Part shown: piece by piece, positions 1 through 9,616 of the stretch | How positions within the stretch are numbered: the first letter of the stretch is position 1 | How the letters are laid out: every line of letters begins with the position of its first letter | Source: a virus | Length of the DNA: 64,000 bases | Direction: 5' to 3' (one strand) | Virus record (IMG/VR): IMGVR_UViG_3300029922_000054 | Location: 3,763-67,762 of that record | Notes under the pieces: generated by a model | Seen by the model: only the letters and a program-made list of their open reading frames with translations | Told to the model about the DNA's origin: nothing | Databases searched by the model: none | Position numbers and translations under genes: made by a program

Positions 1-39
1 CGGTCACGTAAAGGGACACTGCAATGAACTCATAGAACC

Positions 40-747
40 TTGCTGGTTGGCTCTCTTGATTCAGCACCACAGGAAGCAGGGCCGACTACTGGTCCCTACG
101 GGGATGGTCGAAGTGTATCTGAAAGGAAGATGATGATGCCCACTTTTGAGATCGACGATTCTGTAATTCATGTCCGCACAACTGAGCATGGAGAAGTTTT
201 GGCAGTTCGAGGGAAAACTGCCGTCATGCTCCAAGTGAAATGGTCGATAAACGGTAAGGAGGAATGGCTTCCTGCCGATCTTCTCCGCAAAGATGACCGA
301 CAGGAGCGCAGCGTTGCGCACGATATTTTTCACCAGCAGAATGGCGATGTGACGAAAGCCTACTACGATGCCATGAACGCGAAAGGGCTACCAGGCCAGC
401 TCGCAGTTGCCCTATTTCGCGCGCAGAAACGCTCGACAGCAGCCAAGAAGTACCGCGGCCGGCGCTTCACGCAGGACGCCTACTCGGTCAAAAACTGGTC
501 AATGAGTGAAGTATGCAGGATTTTGACTACCATGCAGGCATTCGAGAGCGCGCCGCGGTGGGGATGGAAGCGAGATCCGAAGACGCCAGGATACGAGTGG
601 GTTCTCTACGTCGATCTTCCGACTGGGCAGTGCTCATTCCATTCTGCAGACCGTCTGAGCGGGCCGGATTACGCTGGTGACTGGGATGGAGCAGGAATGA
701 GCACGGAGCGCATCTGCCGTTATTGCGATCTGGTGGCGGCGAACTAA
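40..747 (+). CDS. Conserved phage hypothetical protein (true start probably near 130)
   Basis: 235-aa ORF with a YVDLPTGQCSFH...WDG motif seen in uncharacterised phage proteins; oriented against the neighbouring minus-strand genes. Confidence 0.65.
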   Translation: MLVGSLDSAPQEAGPTTGPYGDGRSVSERKMMMPTFEIDDSVIHVRTTEHGEVLAVRGKTAVMLQVKWSINGKEEWLPADLLRKDDRQERSVAHDIFHQQNGDVTKAYYDAMNAKGLPGQLAVALFRAQKRSTAAKKYRGRRFTQDAYSVKNWSMSEVCRILTTMQAFESAPRWGWKRDPKTPGYEWVLYVDLPTGQCSFHSADRLSGPDYAGDWDGAGMSTERICRYCDLVAAN

Positions 748-936
748 TGTCTTTCGAGTCCTGTCAGAACAGCTTAGTCTGGAGATCCTCAGCCGGCTTC
801 TCGACGGGCTTAGTCTTTCCATAACACTCTCGGCAGTATTGCGGTCGGCCGCCGGATACCGCCCAGATGGTGTCTTTTCCGCACTTTTTGCAGTAGATTG
901 ATGCCTCGACCGTCGTTTTGGTAAAGAAGTGTCGCA

Positions 937-1173
937 TCACATTTCCTCAGTCCTGCACCGATGATCGTCCCCCATCGGCATACACCGTTTGTGGCAATCG
1001 CAGGTACAGCGCAGTGAGAAGCACGTCCCGTGATGATTATTCCCACATGCGGCCGTCACGAATTCCGAGGGATCGCCATCCAACTCAGGAAGAACAACCC
1101 TCCGCCTCGCCCGCACCTTGCGCCCCTGCGCCACACTCGCGCGCCCTCTTGCACGTTTCAACATGTCCGTCAT
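937..1173 (-). CDS. Hypothetical protein (Cys/His-rich C-terminus)
   Basis: 78-aa ORF directly after 1183..1647 with GAGGG upstream. Confidence 0.45.
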   Translation of the reverse strand: MTDMLKRARGRASVAQGRKVRARRRVVLPELDGDPSEFVTAACGNNHHGTCFSLRCTCDCHKRCMPMGDDHRCRTEEM

Positions 1174-1182
1174 CGTTCCCTC

Positions 1183-1647
1183 TCAGAGTCCTGTCGAAGC
1201 ATTTGATTGTTGGCGCTCACGCTTTACTGCATCGCAGAGAGTCTTGACGGCTGCGCTTGCAGGCTTGTAGAAGTCAACATCCTGCGAGCCAATAGCCTCG
1301 GCCACGAGCAACTTTATGTGATAGCTTTCGCTGGCATCCAAGACAGGAATAATAAGTCGAGAAACTTCAGTTTCGTTGGAGCGATGGATCTGCGCCATTG
1401 CCGCTTGATAGGATTCAAAGATTTGCTTTGAGAATCCGAGCAGTAGGAGAGTCAGATCGTCGTAAGAGACCATCGCTCCCCCATGCTTCCGATACACCCC
1501 AGCCATACTTAGGAAGGAACGTACCCTGCTGAGCGCATTTTCCCGAGCTATATTGAACTGCATCATGGCGCCTGAAGCCGTTCTCGGCGCCTCAAACTGG
1601 TCCTTTTCGGCCAGCTTCATCAAGAACTCACGAAACACATCGTCCAT
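1183..1647 (-). CDS. Hypothetical protein
   Basis: 154-aa ORF, GGAGG RBS upstream, protein-like helical composition. Confidence 0.65.
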   Translation of the reverse strand: MDDVFREFLMKLAEKDQFEAPRTASGAMMQFNIARENALSRVRSFLSMAGVYRKHGGAMVSYDDLTLLLLGFSKQIFESYQAAMAQIHRSNETEVSRLIIPVLDASESYHIKLLVAEAIGSQDVDFYKPASAAVKTLCDAVKRERQQSNASTGL

Positions 1648-1686
1648 CGTTCCTCCACGCCCGCAGGCGCACTGCCTAGACCTCGC

Positions 1687-1881
1687 TCACAGCCTCCGGA
1701 GAGGCGAGATGCACTCGGGAGAGGCAGTAGCCAAGCGTAGCGCACGCTCCACCAGCGCGCACTGCGTCTCTGTGAAGTGGTCCCGCCCATCCGGCCACGC
1801 CTCGCGCACCTGAGAAAGAATCTCCTCGCGGTCCACGTGCGTCTTCTCGAAAACCTCGTCGATCAGATCAAGTAGCGTCAT
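1687..1881 (-). CDS. Hypothetical protein
   Basis: 64-aa ORF, ATGA overlap with upstream gene, AAGGAG RBS. Confidence 0.55.
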   Translation of the reverse strand: MTLLDLIDEVFEKTHVDREEILSQVREAWPDGRDHFTETQCALVERALRLATASPECISPLRRL

Positions 1882-2105
1882 TCAAGCTCCTTCATCAGAC
1901 TATTGACTATTCGAGCCGCGGCAATGTCTCCTCGATCTATCGGCCAAGATTCATCACGCATCACAAGATACCAGCACACTCTCTCAAGTTTTAGCCATCC
2001 AGCGTCTCGTCGCGCACGCTCAGCCCATTTAGGCCAGATCAATTCCTTCATCCACAAAGGCAGCGTCATCTTGGCTCCAATGCCGCGGTAATAGCTTCTG
2101 CCCAA
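1878..2105 (-). CDS. Hypothetical protein
   Basis: 75-aa ORF in a chain of overlapping minus-strand genes. Confidence 0.45.
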   Translation of the reverse strand: MGRSYYRGIGAKMTLPLWMKELIWPKWAERARRDAGWLKLERVCWYLVMRDESWPIDRGDIAAARIVNSLMKELE

Positions 2106-2190
2106 CTGTCACACCAGCGCCAGAACATGTATCCACAGGCGCACCATTTGCCGCGGAATTTGTACACCCTACGCTTGTACTCGGGATTTT

Positions 2191-2487
2191 TCATCTCAGC
2201 CTCAATTCTCGCCGGATATGCCGCGCCAAGTCCTGAACTTCAGCCGGCCTAAACACAAACTGACGAACCTTCCGCTTAGGATGCAACTGTCTCTCCACCG
2301 TCCTGTGCTCGAACGTCTCCGGATCAACCTCGTCCACGAGCACAGTCCCAGGGTCTACCGTTGCGTCACGCTGCTCGTACGGCGCCATCCACTCTCTCAC
2401 AACAGCATCTAGACCTGCATACCTGTCAAAGTCTGCCGGCAACCGAGCAAGTCTTACTGCCTGTCTCTTGCACTCCATTGCGTTCAT
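2191..2487 (-). CDS. Hypothetical protein
   Basis: 98-aa ORF, ATGA overlap with 2484..2705. Confidence 0.55.
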   Translation of the reverse strand: MNAMECKRQAVRLARLPADFDRYAGLDAVVREWMAPYEQRDATVDPGTVLVDEVDPETFEHRTVERQLHPKRKVRQFVFRPAEVQDLARHIRRELRLR

Positions 2488-2705
2488 CTCACACCCCGCG
2501 GCGCATGGCTCACAAACCGTATCGGCCGCACCCGAACTGAAACAAACATTGGTCTTATGTGCTCGTTTGGCTTACTGCTTATTTCGATCAAGGCTCCTGG
2601 AATTGCGTTCAACGCTTCAACGTCAATCACATCGGCGTCATAGAGACAGCGCTGAACTGTTTTTTGTCGAGCCCACTTTACAATGTCCATAAGTCTCCTA
2701 TCCAC
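2484..2705 (-). CDS. Hypothetical protein
   Basis: 73-aa ORF; AGGAG precedes an internal ATG. Confidence 0.5.
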   Translation of the reverse strand: MDRRLMDIVKWARQKTVQRCLYDADVIDVEALNAIPGALIEISSKPNEHIRPMFVSVRVRPIRFVSHAPRGVR

Positions 2706-2959
2706 ACCAATAGTGTACTAGTCTTTTTGCTCAGTTTTGGTGATTATTTTTTGCCATTTTTCTGCACAGAGTGTGGATTTGCATATACGTGTAGTATCCG
2801 CGGAAAGTCGGCGTCGAGGGAGATTCGAGATTTGGGAGGGCAGTTTTGGGATTGGGCTGGGGGGAGGGGGATGGAGCGGGGGATAGAGATGATCGTGATG
2901 GGATGGTCGATAGGACAATGCGGATGGTCAGAGTGGGATGGTCACCATGGTTGAGGGCT

Positions 2960-3379
2960 TCAGATTCGAGCGCCACGAGTGTGTTTGACCTTAAAGGTGT
3001 GCTGTCTGAGGCCACATTGATAGGTCTCGCCGCTCTCAGGGTCGTATTCAGTGTAGTCGCACATCGGTAGGAGGGGCTCGTCGTCCTCGACAGGAGTAAG
3101 GATGGGCGCTGAGGGCTGTTCGTGCATCCTTGAGGCCGTGGTGAGCCCAAGGCGTGCCATAAGGTCAGCTGGGGAAGCTGGCGCGGCTGTGATGGGTTGA
3201 GGAGCGCAAGGCGCCAGAGTTGCCTCTGTCTGGCCAATGATGGTCTGGCTGTCGTTCCACCGACGAGAGCGGCATTTGCGGCTGGGGCATTGAGTGGGTA
3301 TCGCATCATCTTGCTCTGGAAGCCAGCGGTGCCCACACTCATCGCACTGGAAGACTCGAATGTTGTACTTGATTGCCAT
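2960..3379 (-). CDS. Zinc-ribbon protein, possibly DNA-binding
   Basis: N-terminal CDECGHRW...P..CPSRKCRS..W zinc-ribbon motif; second C/H cluster at the C-terminus. Confidence 0.65.
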   Translation of the reverse strand: MAIKYNIRVFQCDECGHRWLPEQDDAIPTQCPSRKCRSRRWNDSQTIIGQTEATLAPCAPQPITAAPASPADLMARLGLTTASRMHEQPSAPILTPVEDDEPLLPMCDYTEYDPESGETYQCGLRQHTFKVKHTRGARI

Positions 3380-3418
3380 GAGTACATTGTACTCAAAAGG
3401 GTGAGGCAGATGTACTCA
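3379..3418 (-). promoter_or_regulatory. Palindromic operator over a leaderless promoter
   Basis: TGAGTACA-T-TGTACTCA palindrome at 3379-3395, third half-site at 3411-3418; minus-strand TACAAT (-10) lies 6 nt before the ATG. Confidence 0.55.
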
Positions 3419-3582
3419 GCGTCATTTGCTCATTCTGCCGTTGTTTAACACTTTGGGCCCCAAAACACCCCCAAATGCCGTCACCAGAGCCCCTCAGACG
3501 CGTTCCTGAGACCTCCAACAGGGGATTGTATGGCCGTTTTCACCTTGAGGCATTCTGTTCGCTCTCGCATCTATATACAAGA

Positions 3583-4293
3583 TCAATCGCTTACATCCTC
3601 ATCCATAGAACTCACGACGATCTTTGAACCCCTCATACGCCCTGGATTGCTGCTTTTACGCCCATTCTCACGCCTCCAACGCTCCCAACGCTCCGCACGC
3701 CGATCACCCCAGTTTGGAAGCACAGAACGCAGAATATCGGGCAAACTGTGCACAGAATGGCTCGAAACGCACAAGCCATCATATTGATTGCATGGGATTG
3801 GTGTATTTGATGCAGGAATGATGCCTGCAATGGTGAGCACGGACTCAAGCTTGGCAAAGTTGCGGCGCATGGCGACCTCACGGTGGAGCAAAGTGTAGGC
3901 CTTGAAGCCCGTGAACGAGTAGCATTTGATTGGATCGTGGCCTTGAGGCTTGAGTGAGTGGGCAGGATTAAGAAACTCACGACCGACGCGGGCGGCACGC
4001 CCCCGCTCCCCTTCCGTCCCCCACCAACAGCCTAGACATACAAGGGCGATATGAAGGGTCCTGCGGGACACCCCAAGCGCAGCACAAACCTCGTCGCAGT
4101 CGATGATAACCGGACCATTCTCGGGGCCTGAAATGCCGTCTGGCGAGTCCTGTGGGGCCGGATGATGCCACTCAAGGTAAGTCAGCACCAGCGCGAGGGT
4201 GGGGCCGTGAAGCACTTTGGCGAGTCCTGCATAGTAGGGAATGGGGTCATTTGCGTCCATGCGTCCATCATATATGGAGTGATTTTCAGCCAA
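3583..4293 (-). CDS. Hypothetical protein with a possible winged-HTH
   Basis: 236-aa ORF; DEVCAALGVSRRTLHIAL resembles an HTH. Confidence 0.55.
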   Translation of the reverse strand: MAENHSIYDGRMDANDPIPYYAGLAKVLHGPTLALVLTYLEWHHPAPQDSPDGISGPENGPVIIDCDEVCAALGVSRRTLHIALVCLGCWWGTEGERGRAARVGREFLNPAHSLKPQGHDPIKCYSFTGFKAYTLLHREVAMRRNFAKLESVLTIAGIIPASNTPIPCNQYDGLCVSSHSVHSLPDILRSVLPNWGDRRAERWERWRRENGRKSSNPGRMRGSKIVVSSMDEDVSD

Positions 4294-4344
4294 ATAAGAT
4301 CGTCGTGCGATCTTTGATAGCGTTGATTATCAAGCACTTGCAGA

Positions 4345-4400
4345 AAGTTGAATTAAAGCTAAAATAAAGCTTGACAAGTATTCGGCATAAGCGCACTATT
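4345..4400 (+). promoter_or_regulatory. Putative sigma70-type early promoter
   Basis: AT-rich UP-like tract, TTGACA at 4371-4376, 17-nt spacer, CACTAT at 4394-4399, at the switch between minus- and plus-strand blocks. Confidence 0.5.
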
Positions 4401-4450
4401 GGGACAGTTAAGCAATACAGCGGCAATCAACCGCATAAGGAGCAGCAAAA

Positions 4451-4621
4451 ATGAATCTCGTACGAATCAACAAATTGCCCGCAGGCGCTGTGAAGGAAGG
4501 CCCCACTATGCGCCACGAAGTTTCGCGCGCTACCTCTCAATCTTATCGCATCGGCGACCAACTCTATGAGCGCATCATCCGGGACAGCGGAGAAATCACT
4601 GTCTACAAACTCGTGGATTAA
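4451..4621 (+). CDS. Small hypothetical protein (56 aa, below the ORF track cut-off)
   Basis: AAGGAG RBS; MNLVRINKLP...YKLVD*. Confidence 0.6.
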   Translation: MNLVRINKLPAGAVKEGPTMRHEVSRATSQSYRIGDQLYERIIRDSGEITVYKLVD

Positions 4622-4748
4622 CCTCCGCCGCGCGGTACTTGCCGTAAGCGGTAGCGTCCGGTCGATCACCGGCAAGCCAGGCGAAAGATGGCACCCATTC
4701 GCAGGACTCACGAGGGTCCTGCCAACCTCTTTACCGGGAGGCAACACC

Positions 4749-4934
4749 ATGGCATCACGACGCACAATCTTTGCTCGTCCTGGAAGCGCACTTCGCGCCG
4801 CTACAAGCAACAATCCCCGCAATCTCCCGTGCCCCACGTGCGGCAAGCCCAACAAGCTCACGCCGGCCGATGTGCGCCGCGGCTACCAATGCGACGAGTG
4901 CGCCGGCCGTGAAGAAGGGTTCGGTTGCTGCTGA
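4749..4934 (+). CDS. Small zinc-finger protein
   Basis: GGGAGG RBS; CPTC...CDEC motif. Confidence 0.65.
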   Translation: MASRRTIFARPGSALRAATSNNPRNLPCPTCGKPNKLTPADVRRGYQCDECAGREEGFGCC

Positions 4935-5015
4935 ATCACTCCCACAGGACTCTGACCATTTGAGTCCTGCCAACCTCAACCGGCACCATCAACCTCTTTT
5001 ACAGGAGAGACGACA

Positions 5016-5666
5016 ATGCCAAGATATGGAAACAATGCACGCGGGGTTCGTAAGATGATCGCCGACGATAAAGCTGAAGCCCACGTACAGCGCACCCAGC
5101 CCAAAGTATGCGGTTGCGGCTATCCTCCTCATGTGGGACGCTGCCAGCCCAAGCTAATGCCATCCCCACCCCAGCAGGCCGTGATTATGCTCCAGCACAT
5201 CATCAATCTGTTTCCCGATGAGCCAGACGTGATCTTTGTCGCAGCCGTGGCCATTGCCGACATTGCAACCGAGGCCGCCAACAACGGGACCATCGTAGAC
5301 CCGCTCATGGGATCAGACTTTGTTCCTCCGAGTCCTGCACCATGGAAATTCCACCTCGAATTGCAGCATCCCCAAAGCGATGAGCACTTGGCCGCTTGCC
5401 CATCGTGCATGATGGCGCATGACAAAGCGCTCCCCGATGTACCGAGTCCTGCCGCCACAGCGACCGAGAGCAGCACAGGACCCATCCAGGTGTTCAGCGA
5501 CCGCGAGCTGGCGACGGTGCTCTATGCGCTCAGGGAGATTCAAATGGGGCTGCACGATACTGACGATGTACGCGAAGAAATGGCAGTCAGTGAGCACTTT
5601 GACCATTGCACACCGCTTGACGAAAGCGAGATAGACGTACTCTGTGAACGGCTGAACCTCGCATGA
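5016..5666 (+). CDS. Hypothetical protein
   Basis: 216-aa ORF with AGGAG RBS. Confidence 0.65.
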   Translation: MPRYGNNARGVRKMIADDKAEAHVQRTQPKVCGCGYPPHVGRCQPKLMPSPPQQAVIMLQHIINLFPDEPDVIFVAAVAIADIATEAANNGTIVDPLMGSDFVPPSPAPWKFHLELQHPQSDEHLAACPSCMMAHDKALPDVPSPAATATESSTGPIQVFSDRELATVLYALREIQMGLHDTDDVREEMAVSEHFDHCTPLDESEIDVLCERLNLA

Positions 5667-5973
5667 ACCGGGCAGGCTTGCCCTGCCTAGGATGTCGAAG
5701 CCTGGGGCACCATGAAACCTTGGGCGGTGGTACCACAGTAGCTCTGCTTCATGGGAAACAGACTACGTGAAATACCCGGCATCCTAGGGAGCGCAAGATA
5801 CTCCAGAATTGAGGAACCAAATGACCATTCTTGTCCTGTTGTTCTCGCTGTTGCTGCATGTTCACCCAGTCGGACCCGAGCCCAGTCGCATCGGCGTCCA
5901 TGTCTGCCATCCCTCAACTGTTACCACCCAATCCGTTCGCAGGACTCTCTAGGTCCTGTCGAGGAGCGCAACC

Positions 5974-6243
5974 ATGCAGGTAATCCTCCATTGCACAGTT
6001 ATCGACGTGAGCGGAGTGGCTGAAGCTAGCGCGCAAGACCAGGCAGAGGCCACGCGCGCAGAGGCTCGTGAGATAGTGGCCGAGATGAACGAGATCGCTG
6101 CCGAGTGCCTAGCTACTGGCTATAGCGGGGATGGACGCTGGCATAAACCTCAACAGGAATCATCATGGAAGCGCATGGCAGCTCTCTACGCCGTATACCT
6201 CCTGCTCATCTGCGGCACCGCCTGGGACATCACGCATTGGTAG
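5974..6243 (+). CDS. Hypothetical protein with a C-terminal hydrophobic segment
   Basis: GAGGAG RBS; 89 aa. Confidence 0.55.
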   Translation: MQVILHCTVIDVSGVAEASAQDQAEATRAEAREIVAEMNEIAAECLATGYSGDGRWHKPQQESSWKRMAALYAVYLLLICGTAWDITHW

Positions 6244-6485
6244 CCAAGTATCGAGGTTTTGTGCGCGGTGCTGGTATTTGCGCTGCTGGTCTGCCTTATC
6301 GTGCATCGGAATACGGGAGGCCGCGCATGAGGACACCAGCAGAGAACCAGCAGTTCGTGCGGGATCACTGGGTGCGGGTGTGGATTCATTCTTGGCTTGT
6401 TCGTTTGGCAGATCACCGACACAATTCATGGCAAGCGTTGGCTTCGGCAGGAACGCCGCAGGGCTGAGCGCAGAAAAGAGGGACA

Positions 6486-6707
6486 ATGAGCAAGATTTTC
6501 GTTCCGTTGACCCCAGAGGCAGAGGCACTCGTGGAATATCACGAAAAGCGTTACGCCGCCCTGCAAGCTTCACACGAGGAGCTGATTGACGCTCTGCATC
6601 GGGCGGTAACCGAGATGAAGTTTTGGGCGAAAGGGCACGCCGATGCGGAGATCTTCATCGCGGAAAAGGCCCTAGCCAACGCGGCGAAGCTGGATCCAAC
6701 CAAGTAA
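6486..6707 (+). CDS. Hypothetical protein
   Basis: GAGGG RBS; 73-aa helical protein. Confidence 0.6.
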   Translation: MSKIFVPLTPEAEALVEYHEKRYAALQASHEELIDALHRAVTEMKFWAKGHADAEIFIAEKALANAAKLDPTK

Positions 6708-6723
6708 CGTCAACGTTGGTGCT

Positions 6724-7032
6724 ATGACACCTGAAAGGAGTAAGGCAGTGAACGCGAATTATGTGATTGGTAGCGAATTCCCAGAACGGAGATTACAGCA
6801 AAGCGCAGAAGAACACCCTCTCCTACACAGCAGGATTACTGAACTACAGGTTCACACTCTCCTAAGCGTGAATTTCAATGATCACGAGGTGTGGACAACG
6901 AACGAAATATACGCCCATCTCAGCAAGGTAGCAAAGGGTTTGAATGCGACGGCGGTGATGATCTACTCGAACACGCTTTCCGATGAAGGATGCTTCCACC
7001 ATTATGTTGGAAATCCCACCATCAAAGTCTAG
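6724..7032 (+). CDS. Hypothetical protein (lower GC)
   Basis: 102-aa ORF. Confidence 0.5.
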   Translation: MTPERSKAVNANYVIGSEFPERRLQQSAEEHPLLHSRITELQVHTLLSVNFNDHEVWTTNEIYAHLSKVAKGLNATAVMIYSNTLSDEGCFHHYVGNPTIKV

Positions 7033-7090
7033 GCACCGTCTCGATACCCACTAACCCGTACCGGCGGCTCCGGCTGTGAGAGGTGAGAGA

Positions 7091-7246
7091 TTGAAGATCA
7101 AGGTAGGGTTGAGCATAGGTTTTGTTGCTGACCGCAAAGATGAGATTGAAGTCGAAGACGGCCTCACCGACGAGGAGATTGAAATCGAAGTAAGAGATTG
7201 GGCCAACAATTACATCGAAACATGGTGGGAAAAGGTGCCTAAATGA
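7091..7246 (+). CDS. Small acidic hypothetical protein (51 aa, TTG start)
   Basis: GAGGTG RBS; MKIKVGLSIG...DEEIEIEVRDWANNYIETWW. Confidence 0.55.
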   Translation: MKIKVGLSIGFVADRKDEIEVEDGLTDEEIEIEVRDWANNYIETWWEKVPK

Positions 7247-7539
7247 CTGCTCTCTTAGTCCTGTCCGCGCCAACCCTGCTGGCCGTGCCTGTGCCGGGGA
7301 AAGAAAGGTGTGCTGTGATTGAGAAACTGGAACGGTACGGGCGAACGATCATCAATGATCCAGATGGGCCGCAAGGTTTATTTGTTCTCGCCGACAAGGC
7401 CCACGCCCGCGAGGATGCGCTGCTAGAGGCAGCAAAGCGTTCTCTATTCTCCACCGATTGCGGCGGGGATTGTGTAAGTGAAGGATGTTCCCACAGAAAA
7501 TTGCGGTTAGTAATTCAAGAGATTGAGGCCACCCAATGA
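7243..7539 (+). CDS. Hypothetical protein
   Basis: ORF with ATGA overlaps on both sides; start uncertain. Confidence 0.5.
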   Translation: MTALLVLSAPTLLAVPVPGKERCAVIEKLERYGRTIINDPDGPQGLFVLADKAHAREDALLEAAKRSLFSTDCGGDCVSEGCSHRKLRLVIQEIEATQ

Positions 7540-7745
7540 CACTCCGCAATGGCTCCTGGACCAACCGCCCCGACCCGATGTACGACCACTCCCACGAGAT
7601 GCCGAGCAAAGACTACCCGCTCTCAACCGTCTTGACTGAGCATCGCTGGTGGCAAGATGTGCCCTGGGGCCAAGTCGTCGCCGCAATCGTAATCGCTCTC
7701 ATCATCTTCGGCGCGTGCCACTGCGCTGGATGCTTTGACAAGTGA
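7536..7745 (+). CDS. Small membrane protein
   Basis: C-terminal hydrophobic helix VVAAIVIALIIFG. Confidence 0.5.
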   Translation: MTLRNGSWTNRPDPMYDHSHEMPSKDYPLSTVLTEHRWWQDVPWGQVVAAIVIALIIFGACHCAGCFDK

Positions 7746-7753
7746 GGAAAACC

Positions 7754-8014
7754 ATGATCGAGATACCACCCCAATACGAAGCTCTGAGTCCTGCCAAGGT
7801 CGCCAAGCTGCTCAAGGTTTCAATCTCTGCCATCACGCAGGCCCGTAGGCGCACCGCAGGACTCTGCAGGTACTGTGACAGCCCAGCACTCGATGGCCTG
7901 ACGGTCTGTGCAGCCCACAGGACACAACGCAACAGCACGACCAGGCAGCGCATGGGATCGAATCCCTGGAAAGCCGGGGGCCGCGGTCGTCCACCCAAGA
8001 AAGCAGGTGAGTAA
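7754..8014 (+). CDS. HTH plus zinc-finger DNA-binding protein
   Basis: SPAKVAKLLKVSISAITQ (HTH-like), CRYC...CAAH, and an AT-hook-like GRGRPPK. Confidence 0.6.
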   Translation: MIEIPPQYEALSPAKVAKLLKVSISAITQARRRTAGLCRYCDSPALDGLTVCAAHRTQRNSTTRQRMGSNPWKAGGRGRPPKKAGE

Positions 8015-8262
8015 TGGCACAGCGTGATTTGCTGGCATTGTCGAAGATCGACGAGTTTGCAACCTGGGCGAAGACTCAAGGCTTCGAGCGCGAACCGATC
8101 CGTGGTCCTTATGAGGTCCTGCGGCTGAGGTTCGAGGACTCTCCACCGCTCCTCTATTTCACCCGGTCCACGAGTTTGAGTGGCGGTAAACCAGTCCACG
8201 CCACAGCCCAACATGACGGCGCGCAGCTCGTCCGCAGATGGATCAGAAGCAGGACAAAATAA
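8014..8262 (+). CDS. Hypothetical protein
   Basis: 82-aa ORF, TAATG overlap. Confidence 0.6.
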   Translation: MAQRDLLALSKIDEFATWAKTQGFEREPIRGPYEVLRLRFEDSPPLLYFTRSTSLSGGKPVHATAQHDGAQLVRRWIRSRTK

Positions 8263-8325
8263 TTATGGCTTTTATGTCCCAATGGTGCTAATGTAAGATT
8301 CACAACCGGCCAGAGGAGGCCACGA

Positions 8326-9612
8326 ATGACCGAACAGAACGCTCTCGAAGTCCAACAGCAGACCCAGATTCAGCCGTACCAGGAGCAGAACATCTCCATG
8401 GTCCAGCAGTACGCGACGGCGCGCATCCAATCCGCCTACACGATGGCTCTCCGCAACCCGCGTGACAACCGCATCGAGATGATCCGTCAGAATGTCCTGC
8501 GCGAGTGCCAGAGGCCGTCTTTCTGCGCACCCGACGAGGCCAAGTATGGCTCCAGCCTCGCCATCTATGCCGTGCCGCGTGGCAAGGTCCAGGTCAATGG
8601 CAAATGGGTCGACAACCTGATCCAAGGCCCGACCATTCGCTTTGCCGAGATGCTGCTCCGCGAGTGGGGCTTCCTGTCCATCGAAGTCAACCCGATGGGC
8701 GAGACGGACGACTATAAGCTGCTTCAAGTGGTCTGCACTGATTACCAGTCGTGCAACTTCACCAGCGAGATCGTGAACGTCCCCAAGAGCATCGAGCGCA
8801 AGAAGCTGCGCGACGGCGACGAACTGATCAGCCAGCGCACAAACAGCTACGGCGATCCGGTCTATCTGGTGTGGGCAACCGACGATGAGATCGCCATGAA
8901 GACCAATGCGCTGGTCAGCAAGGCGCGTAGGAACCTGATTCTGCAAGCTGTCCCCGGCTGGCTTATCGAGGAGGCAATAGTCAAAGTACGCGAGACAGCG
9001 CGGCAGAAGGATGCAGCCGATCCGGACGCTGCCAAGCGCAAGCTATTCGATGCCTTCGCCACCGTGGGCGTATCAGCGCAACAGTTGAGCGAGTTCGTAG
9101 GACACGGCAATGCTTTGAGTCCTGCCGAACTGGAGGACCTGCGCGGCTACTTCAGCGGGATCAAGGAAGGCTACACAACCTGGGCGGCCATCATCGCGGC
9201 CAAGGAAGAGCACAAGGACGACGACGGCACCGCCGCGGCGATCGCAGCAGCTTTCGAGTTCTTGGAACTGCCTCTCGCTCAAACCCGCAAGATCAAAGGC
9301 AAGTATCTGAAGGTGGGCGGAGACAAGGAACTGCTGACGTGGCTCCAGGGCGAAGTGGCGAAGAAGCAGAACACCGGCGCCAAGCAGGAAGAGAAGAAGC
9401 CAGCGGCCGCCAAGCAGCAGGATGATCTCAAGCACGCAGGAGACGTGGCAGAAAAGGAACTGAACCGCATGGCCGATGAAGTTGTCGCGGATCTCAAGCA
9501 AGACGCCGAACCTGAACCGCCAGCGAAACAGGACTCGAAGCCTGATCCTGCACCAGCCAAGCAAACCAGCCGGCCAGCACCCATTCCGGTATCTGACGAC
9601 GACGATTTTTAA
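8326..9612 (+). CDS. Putative single-strand annealing protein / recombinase
   Basis: YAVPRG...IQGPTIRFAEMLLREWG motif, acidic C-terminal tail (DDDDF), near an exonuclease gene; GGAGG RBS. Confidence 0.55.
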   Translation: MTEQNALEVQQQTQIQPYQEQNISMVQQYATARIQSAYTMALRNPRDNRIEMIRQNVLRECQRPSFCAPDEAKYGSSLAIYAVPRGKVQVNGKWVDNLIQGPTIRFAEMLLREWGFLSIEVNPMGETDDYKLLQVVCTDYQSCNFTSEIVNVPKSIERKKLRDGDELISQRTNSYGDPVYLVWATDDEIAMKTNALVSKARRNLILQAVPGWLIEEAIVKVRETARQKDAADPDAAKRKLFDAFATVGVSAQQLSEFVGHGNALSPAELEDLRGYFSGIKEGYTTWAAIIAAKEEHKDDDGTAAAIAAAFEFLELPLAQTRKIKGKYLKVGGDKELLTWLQGEVAKKQNTGAKQEEKKPAAAKQQDDLKHAGDVAEKELNRMADEVVADLKQDAEPEPPAKQDSKPDPAPAKQTSRPAPIPVSDDDDF

Positions 9613-9616
9613 CCAG

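Noticed and set aside
2718-2954. Pro-rich and Gly-rich ORFs over the G-tract
   Set aside because: Translations simply mirror the low-complexity DNA; no RBS.
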